From Desulfovibrionales bacterium (lineage in GTDB: Bacteria > Desulfobacterota > Desulfovibrionia > Desulfovibrionales > JBKHAV01), in NCBI GenBank assembly GCA_046542715.1, contig JBKHAV010000004.1:1-60074 (forward strand): a stretch of 60,074 bases of DNA, given 5' to 3'. How positions within the stretch are numbered: the first letter of the stretch is position 1; the number at the start of each line of letters is the position of its first letter. The notes beneath the pieces were generated by a model that was given only the letters and a program-made list of their open reading frames with translations, did not search any database and was not told where the DNA came from. Position numbers and translations under genes: made by a program. Shown one piece after another: positions 11,317 through 20,060 of the stretch.

Positions 11317-11345
11317 CTTCAACAGGCACCTTTAAAAGAGGACAG

Positions 11346-12680
11346 CTACTCTCCTTTCGGGGACTCGGTCTCGCTTTTCGCGTTCACCTCAGAAGGGGCG
11401 GCTTGCTCGATTTCAGCATGCTCGTAGAGGAAGTCCATGGCCTTGTCCGCGAGCAGCTTGTCCTTGATGGCGAACATGAGGTTGTTTCGCTCGTGGTAGT
11501 CGCGCAGCGTGTTGTAATCCTGTCCGGTGCGCATGGACATCTGCTGCAGATACATGTCCACCTCCTGGGGGGTGACCTTGATGTCCTCCTCATCGGCAAT
11601 GTCCAGCAGAACGAGCTGGGACCGGACGATGTCCTCGGCGAGCGGTTTGACTTCTTCTCTGAGCTGGTCCTCTGTCGTTCCGGTGGACTCGAGGCTCTTG
11701 CCCTTGCGCTCCAGGCGATCCTTGCGGTCTTCGACCATTGCCTGGATTTGTCCGTTCAGCATGGTTTCGGGAAGAGGGAAGTCGAGTTTGGACGTGAGCT
11801 GGTCCAGAAGTTTCTTCTGCGTGGCGGACCTTATGACCTGGGTCCTGCTCTCGATATAAGATTTTTCAATGGCCTCTCTGAGCTGGTCCACGGATTCGAA
11901 TCCCCCTGCCTTTTTGGCAAATTCGTCGTCCACCTCAGGAAGCTTCCGTTCCTTGATGGCGTGGAGCGTGACCTTCATGGTCACGGTGTGGCCGGCCATT
12001 TCCTTGTTCAGGAAATCTTCGGGGAAGGTGACCTCCCCTTCGGTGGTCTCACCGGGCTTCAACCCTTTGACCATGTTTTCGAAATCCTCGAGGGCCTGAC
12101 CTTCCCCAATAGGCATTTCGAAATTGTCCGCCGTGATATCCTTGAGTTCTTCCCCGTCCTTAAAGGTATGGAAGGTGATCACGGCAATGTCCCCGTCCTG
12201 GGGGTGCCGGACTTCGGTCACCGGAGTGGGAACAGCCAGGTTCTTGCGCAGCCTGTCGATGACCTCCTGAACGTCCGACTCCTTGATCTCAACCTTTTCC
12301 TCGGAGACCTTGAGTCCGGTATACTCGGGAAGGTCGAAGTCAGGTTTGACCTCGAAGCTGAGGGAGTATTCAAAGGGCTGATCCTTGACCAGCAACCCGG
12401 CGTCCACATCGATGCGCGAGAGCGGAGTCAGGTTCTTTTCGCCTATGATCTCGTTGATCTGGGCATTGATCAGGTCTGTGGTGGCTTCGGAGTATATCTC
12501 CTTTTTGTAACGGCTCTCGACCAGGGATGTCGGGACCTTGCCCTTCCGGAACCCTTTGATGTCTGCCTGGCGCTTGTACAGAACCACCGAAGCCATGAGC
12601 GCTGCATTCACTTCTTCCGCGGGTACGGAAATGGTGATCTTCTTTTTGACCGGTGAAAGGTCTTCTACCGTATAGTCCAT
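11346..12680 (-). CDS. tig: Trigger factor
   Basis: GFRKGKVP ribosome-binding motif, FKBP domain, and tig-clpP-clpX-lon synteny. Confidence 0.96.
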   Translation of the reverse strand: MDYTVEDLSPVKKKITISVPAEEVNAALMASVVLYKRQADIKGFRKGKVPTSLVESRYKKEIYSEATTDLINAQINEIIGEKNLTPLSRIDVDAGLLVKDQPFEYSLSFEVKPDFDLPEYTGLKVSEEKVEIKESDVQEVIDRLRKNLAVPTPVTEVRHPQDGDIAVITFHTFKDGEELKDITADNFEMPIGEGQALEDFENMVKGLKPGETTEGEVTFPEDFLNKEMAGHTVTMKVTLHAIKERKLPEVDDEFAKKAGGFESVDQLREAIEKSYIESRTQVIRSATQKKLLDQLTSKLDFPLPETMLNGQIQAMVEDRKDRLERKGKSLESTGTTEDQLREEVKPLAEDIVRSQLVLLDIADEEDIKVTPQEVDMYLQQMSMRTGQDYNTLRDYHERNNLMFAIKDKLLADKAMDFLYEHAEIEQAAPSEVNAKSETESPKGE

Positions 12681-12963
12681 TCTTTCTCTCCTTCAGTTCG
12701 CTCAGAAAACCACCTCCTGTTCCGATTCGGAAGAGGGGCGATTCACTGAGACGGAAACATGATACCCGCTCAGGGAAAGTCAAGTCATCCCGACAGCGGT
12801 GATTGTACGTAAAAAGATCATTCCCAAAACATAAACCCGTCCAGAAAGTCAACTTTTTTCCGTGAACGGTTCGCTTCCAAGCAGCGTGTTGGGCCTGGTG
12901 CTCTCAGCGTGTTGCTCTGGTGCTCTGGTTGCGATAAGCCGAAAAGAAAACGAGCGACATGCA

Positions 12964-14364
12964 ATGGATACCACGAAAACAGCCCTTGTACAGAACCTTC
13001 TCGACAGGCCGGTGGAACTGGCTTCCCTGCTGGATCAGCTTCCTCTGGCTGTGGCCCTGCTGGATCCGGAGCGACGCGTTATTTTCATGAATCACGCCAT
13101 GGAGAACCTGACCGGTTTCTCCATGCCTGAAATTTTGGGATTGCGCAGCTATCACGTCCTGCGAAGCAATCTCGCCTTCGACCTGACCCGTGAGAATGCA
13201 CCCGACGCCGCCGACGGTGCGGTTTCCGGGGAAGGCGATATTTTGAACCGTAGCAGAAAAAAGGTGCCGGTCAGGATCACTTTGGCCCCTCTGCGTGACT
13301 CAAACGGCAGAACCCGAGGGTATGTCGAGGCGGTCGAAGATTTGCGGATCTCGCACAGCATGGAAGGGAACCTGTCTCAAGGGTTCAGTTTCAGCGGCAT
13401 TGTAGGCCGGAGCCCGGAAATGGAGAAGGTTTTCCAGATCATGCCGGTCATAGCCCAGAACGACTCCTCCGTGCTCATCACCGGGGAGACCGGGACAGGA
13501 AAGGATCTTCTGGCCGAAGCCATCCATCAGTCGTCAGGGCGGGGCAAGGGGCCGTTCATCAAGGTCAATTGCGGAGCGCTTCCTGAGTCTCTTCTGGAAT
13601 CCGAGCTGTTCGGGCACCAGAAGGGTGCCTTCACCGGGGCGGTGGACAACAAGCCAGGGTGGTTCAGGCTGGCCCACAAGGGGTCGCTTTTCCTCACGGA
13701 GATCGGCGACCTTCCCCTTGCGCTTCAGGTCAAGCTGCTGACGTTTCTGGACGATCAGGTCATCTATCCGCTGGGCAGTACCAAAGGGGTGCAGGTCAAT
13801 GTCCGGATCATTGCCGCAACCCACAGAAATCTGGAACAGATGGTGGAGCAGGGGAGTTTCAGGCGCGATCTCCTGTTCCGGCTCAATGTCATTCGGCTGC
13901 ATCTTCCCCCACTCCGGGAGCGTGGCGAAGACATACGCCTTTTGATCGACCATTTCGTGCAGATTCTGGCCAGGAGGTTCAAACGCCCGGTCAAATCGGT
14001 GTCCCGGGAAGCCATGAATATCCTTCTGGATTACCATTATCCCGGAAACGTAAGGGAGTTGCGCAACATTCTCGAATACGCCTTGGCCCTGTGTGTATCC
14101 GGTTCCATTTTGCCGGAACATCTCCCGGCCTACATGAAAGAGATGAGCATTGCGCCTTCGGGAGAAGCGCCTGAATGGGAAAGGGTTCAACAGGGTCAAA
14201 GGGCCGTGGGACCGGACGAGAACCTGAATTGGGACGAAGTTGAAAAGGGGATGATCCTCGATGCCCTGGTCAGGTCCAGAGGCAAGAAAAGCCGGGCGGC
14301 CGACCTTCTGGGCTGGGGTCGCAGCACCATGTGGCGAAAGATGAAAAAGTACGGGATCGGCTGA
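12964..14364 (+). CDS. Sigma54-dependent enhancer-binding protein (PAS-AAA+-Fis HTH)
   Basis: N-terminal PAS, GETGTGKD, ESELFGHQKGAFTGA, YPGNVRELRN and a C-terminal HTH. Confidence 0.95.
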   Translation: MDTTKTALVQNLLDRPVELASLLDQLPLAVALLDPERRVIFMNHAMENLTGFSMPEILGLRSYHVLRSNLAFDLTRENAPDAADGAVSGEGDILNRSRKKVPVRITLAPLRDSNGRTRGYVEAVEDLRISHSMEGNLSQGFSFSGIVGRSPEMEKVFQIMPVIAQNDSSVLITGETGTGKDLLAEAIHQSSGRGKGPFIKVNCGALPESLLESELFGHQKGAFTGAVDNKPGWFRLAHKGSLFLTEIGDLPLALQVKLLTFLDDQVIYPLGSTKGVQVNVRIIAATHRNLEQMVEQGSFRRDLLFRLNVIRLHLPPLRERGEDIRLLIDHFVQILARRFKRPVKSVSREAMNILLDYHYPGNVRELRNILEYALALCVSGSILPEHLPAYMKEMSIAPSGEAPEWERVQQGQRAVGPDENLNWDEVEKGMILDALVRSRGKKSRAADLLGWGRSTMWRKMKKYGIG

Positions 14365-14367
14365 TTG

Positions 14368-14685
14368 ATGAAAGTTCTTATCCCCATTCACAATGACGAC
14401 GTGGCCCCCAGATTCGATCTGGCAACAGAGGTATACGTGGCGGAGATTGAAGGTGATGGGACCGTCCTGAACGAAAGGACCATTGTCCTGCCCCAGGCCT
14501 CTTCCGAAGACCTCTGCAGCTTCATTGTAAGGGAAGGTGTCGATCTCGTCATTTGTGGAGGGATCGAAGACGAGTTCTATCAGTACCTCAGGTGGAAATC
14601 GGTCACAGTGATCGACTCGGTAATGGACAGCTATGCGAACGCCCTGGACGACATCGCCTCGAGAACCAGAGAGAAGGGAAGCTAG
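14368..14685 (+). CDS. NifB/NifX (FeMo-co binding/IssA-like) family small protein
   Basis: VAPRFD and VDLVICGGI motifs; coupled to the enhancer-binding protein gene. Confidence 0.75.
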   Translation: MKVLIPIHNDDVAPRFDLATEVYVAEIEGDGTVLNERTIVLPQASSEDLCSFIVREGVDLVICGGIEDEFYQYLRWKSVTVIDSVMDSYANALDDIASRTREKGS

Positions 14686-14734
14686 TTGTCTCATTTTGTC
14701 TTTTTTTGAAACGTTTTACTTGTATCATTTTGTC
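14686..14734 (+). promoter_or_regulatory. Putative enhancer (UAS) direct repeats TTGT(C/A)TCATTTTGTC
   Basis: Copies at 14686-14700 and 14720-14734, about 60-110 bp upstream of a sigma54 promoter. Confidence 0.55.
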
Positions 14735-14796
14735 GCACTAGTGTTTCGCCCTCTTTTCTTTCATTGCAAGTCATTGAATTTCCAAATAGGTATTTT

Positions 14797-14812
14797 TGGC
14801 ACTAGCATTGCT
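14797..14812 (+). promoter_or_regulatory. Sigma54 (-24/-12) promoter
   Basis: TGGCAC-TAGCA-TTGCT is a consensus match with exact GG-N10-GC spacing. Confidence 0.85.
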
Positions 14813-14844
14813 TGTAGGTCTCCAATTCGAGGAGGCGTATGGGT

Positions 14845-15225
14845 ATGAATGCCAGTGTCCTTATCGTGGAAACCGACACCGCTTTTTTGCAAAACCTCGC
14901 GTTCCGGCTGCGCCAGAACGGGGTTGCCGTTTACGAGGTGGAGGATCCCGATGACGTCAAGGGTGTCATCTCTAAAAATCCCGTTGAAGTGGCTCTGCTG
15001 GATCTAAACGGTTTGAAGCAGGGCGGAATCAAACTCCTGAAAGATATGAAAGCTTCCTGGCCGGAAATAGAAGTAATTGTGATCAACGCTCCTGAGCAGG
15101 TTACACTGTCCATTGAGGCAATGAAAATGGGCGCGTATAAGGAACTGCACATTCCCTTTGATCTGGCTTCACTGCTTGATATGATCGTCAAGGCGCAAGG
15201 GGCGAGAAAAGAGAAGAACCCCTGA
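14845..15225 (+). CDS. Single-domain response regulator receiver (atypical)
   Basis: VLIVE, ALLDL and AMKMGAY receiver fold; the conserved Lys position reads HIPF. Confidence 0.8.
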   Translation: MNASVLIVETDTAFLQNLAFRLRQNGVAVYEVEDPDDVKGVISKNPVEVALLDLNGLKQGGIKLLKDMKASWPEIEVIVINAPEQVTLSIEAMKMGAYKELHIPFDLASLLDMIVKAQGARKEKNP

Positions 15226-15275
15226 CGGGTTCCCCTCTTGACTCACGTGGAAAACTTATGGAAGGAGGGGCCTTC

Positions 15276-15821
15276 GTGGAGAAAAGAAAAGTCAAAGAAT
15301 TCATGGTTCCGTTGGGGGAATATGCCAATGTCGGCATGGAAGCGACGGTCCTCGAAGCGATACAGGCTCTCAGCAAGAAAAAGGACACATCCGGGCAGCA
15401 CAAGCATACTACCGTGCTGGTGATGGATGAAAACGGCACGTTCGTCTCCCGGTTGACGCTACTCGACCTCATGGCCGGGCTGGAGCCCAAGTACAGGCAG
15501 ATCTCTGAGATCAATTTGAACCGGTTCGGCTACAGCCGTGACTTTCTGCAGACCATGCTCAAAGACTACAACCTTTGGGAGCACTCTTTGGAGGACGCCT
15601 GCAAGGGCATTCCCACGACAAAGATCAGCGCGATCTTGCCGAAACTGGAAAAGGGCGAGTACATCTCCGCAAACGCCACACTCGATATCGCTGTTCATCA
15701 GATGATCATGACCAGGTTTCATTCTCTTCTTGTCACCGAGGGCGAGGTCGTGGTCGGCATTGTGCGTTCCATCGATCTGTTCAGGGTCTTTCTGGAAAAG
15801 ACCGATGCCTGCGAACTCTAG
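15276..15821 (+). CDS. CBS-domain protein
   Basis: VKEFMVP...ATVLEAI...VLVMDENG and LLVTEGEVVVGIVR CBS pair; GTG start after GGAGGGG. Confidence 0.8.
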   Translation: MEKRKVKEFMVPLGEYANVGMEATVLEAIQALSKKKDTSGQHKHTTVLVMDENGTFVSRLTLLDLMAGLEPKYRQISEINLNRFGYSRDFLQTMLKDYNLWEHSLEDACKGIPTTKISAILPKLEKGEYISANATLDIAVHQMIMTRFHSLLVTEGEVVVGIVRSIDLFRVFLEKTDACEL

Positions 15822-15851
15822 TCTCAGGGACATGAAGGAGGTTTCGATATT

Positions 15852-17315
15852 ATGAATGCCGCAGCCGCAGCCTCGCAAGTCGATTGGAAAAGGATATTTT
15901 TCATCTTTCTCGGGTTAGGTCTGTTCACCATCGTCTATTTTTCCCCCCCCTGGCCGGATGCCGTGGATCCCATGGGCAAGAATTTCGAACTTTCCCGGGA
16001 GGCCAAGGGTGCCATAGCCGTGTTTCTGCTCGCAGGCGTCTGGTGGGTGTTCGAGGTGGTGCCTATCGGCGTGACCTCCCTTGCCATCGGCGTGCTTCAG
16101 GCCGGATTTCTGATTCGTCCCGCCAAGGAGGCCTTCAAGGACTACATGGACCCTTCGGTTCTATTCATCTTCGCCTCTTTGATCATCGGCGCCGTGTTCA
16201 CCAAGACGGGGCTGACAAAACGGCTGGCCTACAAGATGCTCATGATCGTGGGCGAGCGCACGAGCATGATCTATCTGGGCGTGTTCGTCGTCACCGCAGC
16301 CATGACCCACATCATGGCCCACACCGCAGTGGCCGCCACCATCTATCCGCTCCTGGTGACCATCTACGCGCTGTATACGAGCGAGACCAGGCCCACCAAG
16401 TTCGGCAAGGGGCTGTTCATCGGCATGGCCTACGTGGCCGGTGCCGGATCCATCGTGACCCTGCTGGGCGCGGCCCGCGCTCCCATTGCCCTCGGCTTCT
16501 TTCAGGAAATCATGAACAAGGACGTCACCTTTTTCCAGTTGACCTACTACATGTTTCCCGTGGGCTGGCTCATGACCTTCCTGCTCTGGGGCTTTTTCAT
16601 GCTCTTTTTCAAGCCGGAAAAGGACCGTATCCCCAACCTGCGGGAACGGGCCAGGGATCTCAACGCAAACCTCGGATCCTGGTCCCGGCAGGAGATCCAG
16701 GCGGCCGTGATCGTTGGCGGGGTCATCTTCATCATGTCCCTGCGCTCCTTTGTCCCCGAACTCAAAGTCATAGACAAGACCGCTATCATTCTGACTTCCA
16801 CCATCTTGTTCTACCTGCTGAGAATTTTGGACATCAATGACCTGGAAGGTGTACCCTGGAACATCATCCTGCTGTTTGCCGGCGCCATGTCCATCGGGTT
16901 CTGCATGTGGGAGACCGGCGCTGCCAACTGGATGGCCGTGAACTGGCTGACCATGTTCCAGGATGCCAACTGGTTCATCTTTGTTCTGTCCATCGCCTTT
17001 TTCGTCATGATGATGACCAACTTCATCATGAACGTGGCGGCGATCGCCATATCCCTTCCCGTGGCCCTGGTCATCGCCCCATACCTGGGGGTTGCCGGAG
17101 ACGTCATCCTCTTCTCCTCGCTGGTGGTTGCAGGTATGCCGTTTCTGCTCCTGGTGGGTGCGGCGCCGAACGCCATTGCCTACGATTCCAAGCAGTTCAC
17201 CACCGGGGAGTTTTTTTTGTACGGCATCCCGGCAAGCGTTCTGCTGATGGTCGTGGTCGCTTTTGCGGTCTACGTGCTCTGGCCCATTATGGGGATGCCG
17301 ATTCAGTTGGGCTGA
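15852..17315 (+). CDS. SLC13/DASS family Na+/anion symporter
   Basis: Many TM helices; WWVFEVVPIGVT, VPWNIILLFAG, TNFIMNVAA and PNAIAY motifs. Confidence 0.88.
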   Translation: MNAAAAASQVDWKRIFFIFLGLGLFTIVYFSPPWPDAVDPMGKNFELSREAKGAIAVFLLAGVWWVFEVVPIGVTSLAIGVLQAGFLIRPAKEAFKDYMDPSVLFIFASLIIGAVFTKTGLTKRLAYKMLMIVGERTSMIYLGVFVVTAAMTHIMAHTAVAATIYPLLVTIYALYTSETRPTKFGKGLFIGMAYVAGAGSIVTLLGAARAPIALGFFQEIMNKDVTFFQLTYYMFPVGWLMTFLLWGFFMLFFKPEKDRIPNLRERARDLNANLGSWSRQEIQAAVIVGGVIFIMSLRSFVPELKVIDKTAIILTSTILFYLLRILDINDLEGVPWNIILLFAGAMSIGFCMWETGAANWMAVNWLTMFQDANWFIFVLSIAFFVMMMTNFIMNVAAIAISLPVALVIAPYLGVAGDVILFSSLVVAGMPFLLLVGAAPNAIAYDSKQFTTGEFFLYGIPASVLLMVVVAFAVYVLWPIMGMPIQLG

Positions 17316-17538
17316 TATGATGCAGCAGAGAGCCTGGTTCCGTTCTTCACGGAACCAGGCAAACATCCGCCAACCTGAAATCTGATAAATGTTCAAATGG
17401 GCTGATGCCGCGGCTAAGCTTTGTCCATTATTTCACGCGTAGAGTAAGCGTTGACAGGTTTTCTGATGTATGCAAATGAGTCCCTTCCCTCAAAAAGGAT
17501 GATATTTTTCCCGCGGACCATCAGCAGAGGCAAAGGTA

Positions 17539-18135
17539 ATGCAAAAAGATAGTCAGGCCGGTCAAAAGGTCTCCTTCTATACTGGAAAGCGCGGCATTCT
17601 CCTGCAAGCCGTGCTGCTCATGGTCATATGGCTCCTACTGAGCGGCCATTACGATTTGCTGCATATCTTCTACGGGGTCCTGTCTGTGGTCTTTGTGATC
17701 TTTCTGAACTACCGCATGCACTACGTGCCCCTTGCTCCTGGAGAGATGCCTGGCAGCTTCCACATCAAGATCCCGAAGCTGATTGGCTATCTGTTCTGGC
17801 TCCAGTGGCAGATCATTCAATCCGGAGTCTACGTGGCTTATATCGTTCTGCATCCCAAAATGCCCATAAACCCCATGCTGGTCCGTTTCCGGTCCAAGCA
17901 GCCCAATGTCCTTGCCCAGGTCATTCTCGGCAACTCCATCACCCTGACTCCCGGAACCGTCACTTTGGATATCAAAGACGACGTCTATACCGTGCACGCC
18001 CTGACCCGGGATACAGAGGAAGGTCTGGTGTCCGGGGAGATGGAGGCCAAGGTGGCCCGGCTGTATCTCGATGAATGTGAGCCCGGCGATGCCTGCAGCC
18101 ATGTGGAACTGATCACTTCGGGACGGGGGCTCTGA
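17539..18135 (+). CDS. mrpE: Na+/H+ antiporter subunit E
   Basis: GNSITLTPGTVT motif. Confidence 0.9.
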   Translation: MQKDSQAGQKVSFYTGKRGILLQAVLLMVIWLLLSGHYDLLHIFYGVLSVVFVIFLNYRMHYVPLAPGEMPGSFHIKIPKLIGYLFWLQWQIIQSGVYVAYIVLHPKMPINPMLVRFRSKQPNVLAQVILGNSITLTPGTVTLDIKDDVYTVHALTRDTEEGLVSGEMEAKVARLYLDECEPGDACSHVELITSGRGL

Positions 18136-18398
18136 TGCATACTTTTTTTGTAACCATTGCTCTGGTTCTGGGGGTTATTCTCCTTGTCCCGTTCTACAGG
18201 GTGTTCATGGGGCCCACTGTATTTGACCGGCTCCTCGGAGCCGCAGCTGTGGGGAGTAAAACCATCACCATTGTCCTGCTCATCGGGTTCATTTTCGACC
18301 AGGTCGACATGTTCATAGACATCTCCCTAGGCTATGCCGTCTTGAATTTCATCGGAGTGATTGCCATGGCAAAATATTTCAGAATTCCGAGGTCCTGA
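18135..18398 (+). CDS. mrpF: Na+/H+ antiporter subunit F
   Basis: YRVFMGPTVFDR motif; 3 TM helices. Confidence 0.9.
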   Translation: MHTFFVTIALVLGVILLVPFYRVFMGPTVFDRLLGAAAVGSKTITIVLLIGFIFDQVDMFIDISLGYAVLNFIGVIAMAKYFRIPRS

Positions 18399-18400
18399 GT

Positions 18401-18742
18401 ATGGCACTGCTCGTCGATATCATCGCTGTATTTTTCATGCTGGGCGGAACTTTTTTCATGCTCATCGGCAGTATCGGGCTGAACCGCATGCCTGATTTCT
18501 ACACCCGGTCGCATGCATCCGGAAAAGTGGACACCCTTGGGATCATGATGTTTCTCACCGGCATGATCTTCTTCGAAGGAATGACCATCAACAGCGCCAA
18601 GCTGCTTCTGATCATCGCCTTCGTGGCCCTGACCAGCCCTGTGGCCACTCATGCCTTGACCCGTAGAGCTCTGCTCTTCGGTCTCAAGCCATGGTACGGA
18701 CCCGAAAAAGATAAGGACGACACCAATGCAATGGCAGATTGA
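18401..18742 (+). CDS. mrpG: Na+/H+ antiporter subunit G
   Basis: GLNRMPDFYTRSHA and TSPVATH motifs. Confidence 0.9.
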   Translation: MALLVDIIAVFFMLGGTFFMLIGSIGLNRMPDFYTRSHASGKVDTLGIMMFLTGMIFFEGMTINSAKLLLIIAFVALTSPVATHALTRRALLFGLKPWYGPEKDKDDTNAMAD

Positions 18743-18971
18743 GCTCATCCTCTTTATCGTCTTCGTCTTGTCCGCCCTGAGCGCACTGGGCACCAAAAAC
18801 CTTCTGGCGGCTGTAGTTCTTCTGAACATCTTCAGCTTCATGAGCGCCTCGATCATGGTTTCCATGGGTGCGATTGACGTGGCCTTTACCGAGGCCGTGG
18901 TCGGGGCCGGTGCTGTCGGTGTGTTCTTCATTCTGGCGATTCTTCTGACCTCGAGAAGGAGTAACGATTGA
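18726..18971 (+). CDS. DUF4040/MbhD-like antiporter subunit
   Basis: GAIDVAFTEAVVGAG motif. Confidence 0.8.
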   Translation: MQWQIELILFIVFVLSALSALGTKNLLAAVVLLNIFSFMSASIMVSMGAIDVAFTEAVVGAGAVGVFFILAILLTSRRSND

Positions 18972-19264
18972 AATCACTCCATTTCATCCTCCTCATCGTC
19001 TTTGGTGGTCTGCTTCTGTTCACGGCCACCGGACTTCCACCCAGGGGGTCCCTGGAGGCACCGGCCCAGCAGGTGGAAAATCCGGTCGGCACTCCCGTAG
19101 CCGGGACGTACTATATTCAAAATGCGTACAAGGACGCCAAGACCCCGAACATGGTTACGGTCGTGCTGGCTGACTACCGCTCCTTCGATACCTTGGGGGA
19201 AACGGTGGTGGTGTTTACAGGGGCCATCTGCGTCATGTTCATTTTGCGCCGGAGGAAATCATGA
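18968..19264 (+). CDS. MbhE-like / MrpB N-terminal-like subunit
   Basis: PNMVTVVLADYRSFDTLGE motif. Confidence 0.82.
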   Translation: MKSLHFILLIVFGGLLLFTATGLPPRGSLEAPAQQVENPVGTPVAGTYYIQNAYKDAKTPNMVTVVLADYRSFDTLGETVVVFTGAICVMFILRRRKS

Positions 19265-19689
19265 GAGATCCCTCGGAAAGCCCGATCGTTCAGGTGGCCG
19301 CTCGTGGGCTGGTTCCTGTGATTCAGATCTTCGGGCTCTATGTCTTCTTTCACGGCCACTACAGCCCTGGGGGAGGGTTCCAGGGCGGCGTGCTCCTGGC
19401 GGCAAGCATTTTCCTGGCTCGCCTGGCCCTGGGGACCGAACTCAGTCAGGTTGCCTTTCCCTCGCGCAAGGCCCTCGCCCTCAGTGCCATAGGAGCCCTT
19501 ATCTTTGCCGGAACCGGGCTAGTGGCCTTGCTGGCCGGTGGACATTTCCTGAATTACGAGTTCCTGCCCCTGCCAGGGCTCGAGCCGGCCATGCTCAGAA
19601 ACTACGGTATTCTGATTATCGAGTTGGGCGTGACCATCACGGTCATGACCTCATTGATCGCCATTTACGATGAAATCATAGGAAGTTGA
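19261..19689 (+). CDS. mrpB: Na+/H+ antiporter subunit B
   Basis: HGHYSPGGGFQGG motif. Confidence 0.88.
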   Translation: MRDPSESPIVQVAARGLVPVIQIFGLYVFFHGHYSPGGGFQGGVLLAASIFLARLALGTELSQVAFPSRKALALSAIGALIFAGTGLVALLAGGHFLNYEFLPLPGLEPAMLRNYGILIIELGVTITVMTSLIAIYDEIIGS

Positions 19690-19691
19690 GC

Positions 19692-20060
19692 ATGCTGGAG
19701 ATCATTCAAGGATACTACGCCTATTTCTTTCTCATCCTGCTGTTCATTATCGGACTCTACGGCATGATGATCAAACGCAATCTGATGAAAAAGGTCATCG
19801 GCATGTCCATCATCCAGAGCACGGTCATCCTCTTCTGGATCGTCAGCGCCTTCAAGGAGGGCGCCACAGTCACGATCTACGATTCTGCAGTTGGGGTGGG
19901 CAATCCCGATCTGTACATCAATCCGCTGCCCCATACCCTGATGCTGACGGCCATTGTCGTTGCCGTCGTCACCCTGGGTGTTTCACTGGCCCTGATCATC
20001 GCAATCTACCGGAACTTCGGCACACTGGAAGAACCGCTCCTCATGGAACGGACAAAATGA
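19692..20060 (+). CDS. mrpC: Na+/H+ antiporter subunit C
   Basis: NLMKKVIG and NPLPHTLMLTAIVV motifs. Confidence 0.9.
   Translation: MLEIIQGYYAYFFLILLFIIGLYGMMIKRNLMKKVIGMSIIQSTVILFWIVSAFKEGATVTIYDSAVGVGNPDLYINPLPHTLMLTAIVVAVVTLGVSLALIIAIYRNFGTLEEPLLMERTK

Noticed and set aside
7422-12656. Long plus-strand ORFs (457, 378, 240 and 508 aa)
   Set aside because: These are antisense shadows of lon, clpX, clpP and tig, as expected with high-GC codon bias.
12681-12960. tRNA-Leu often found upstream of tig
   Set aside because: No cloverleaf or T-loop/CCA pattern was recognisable.
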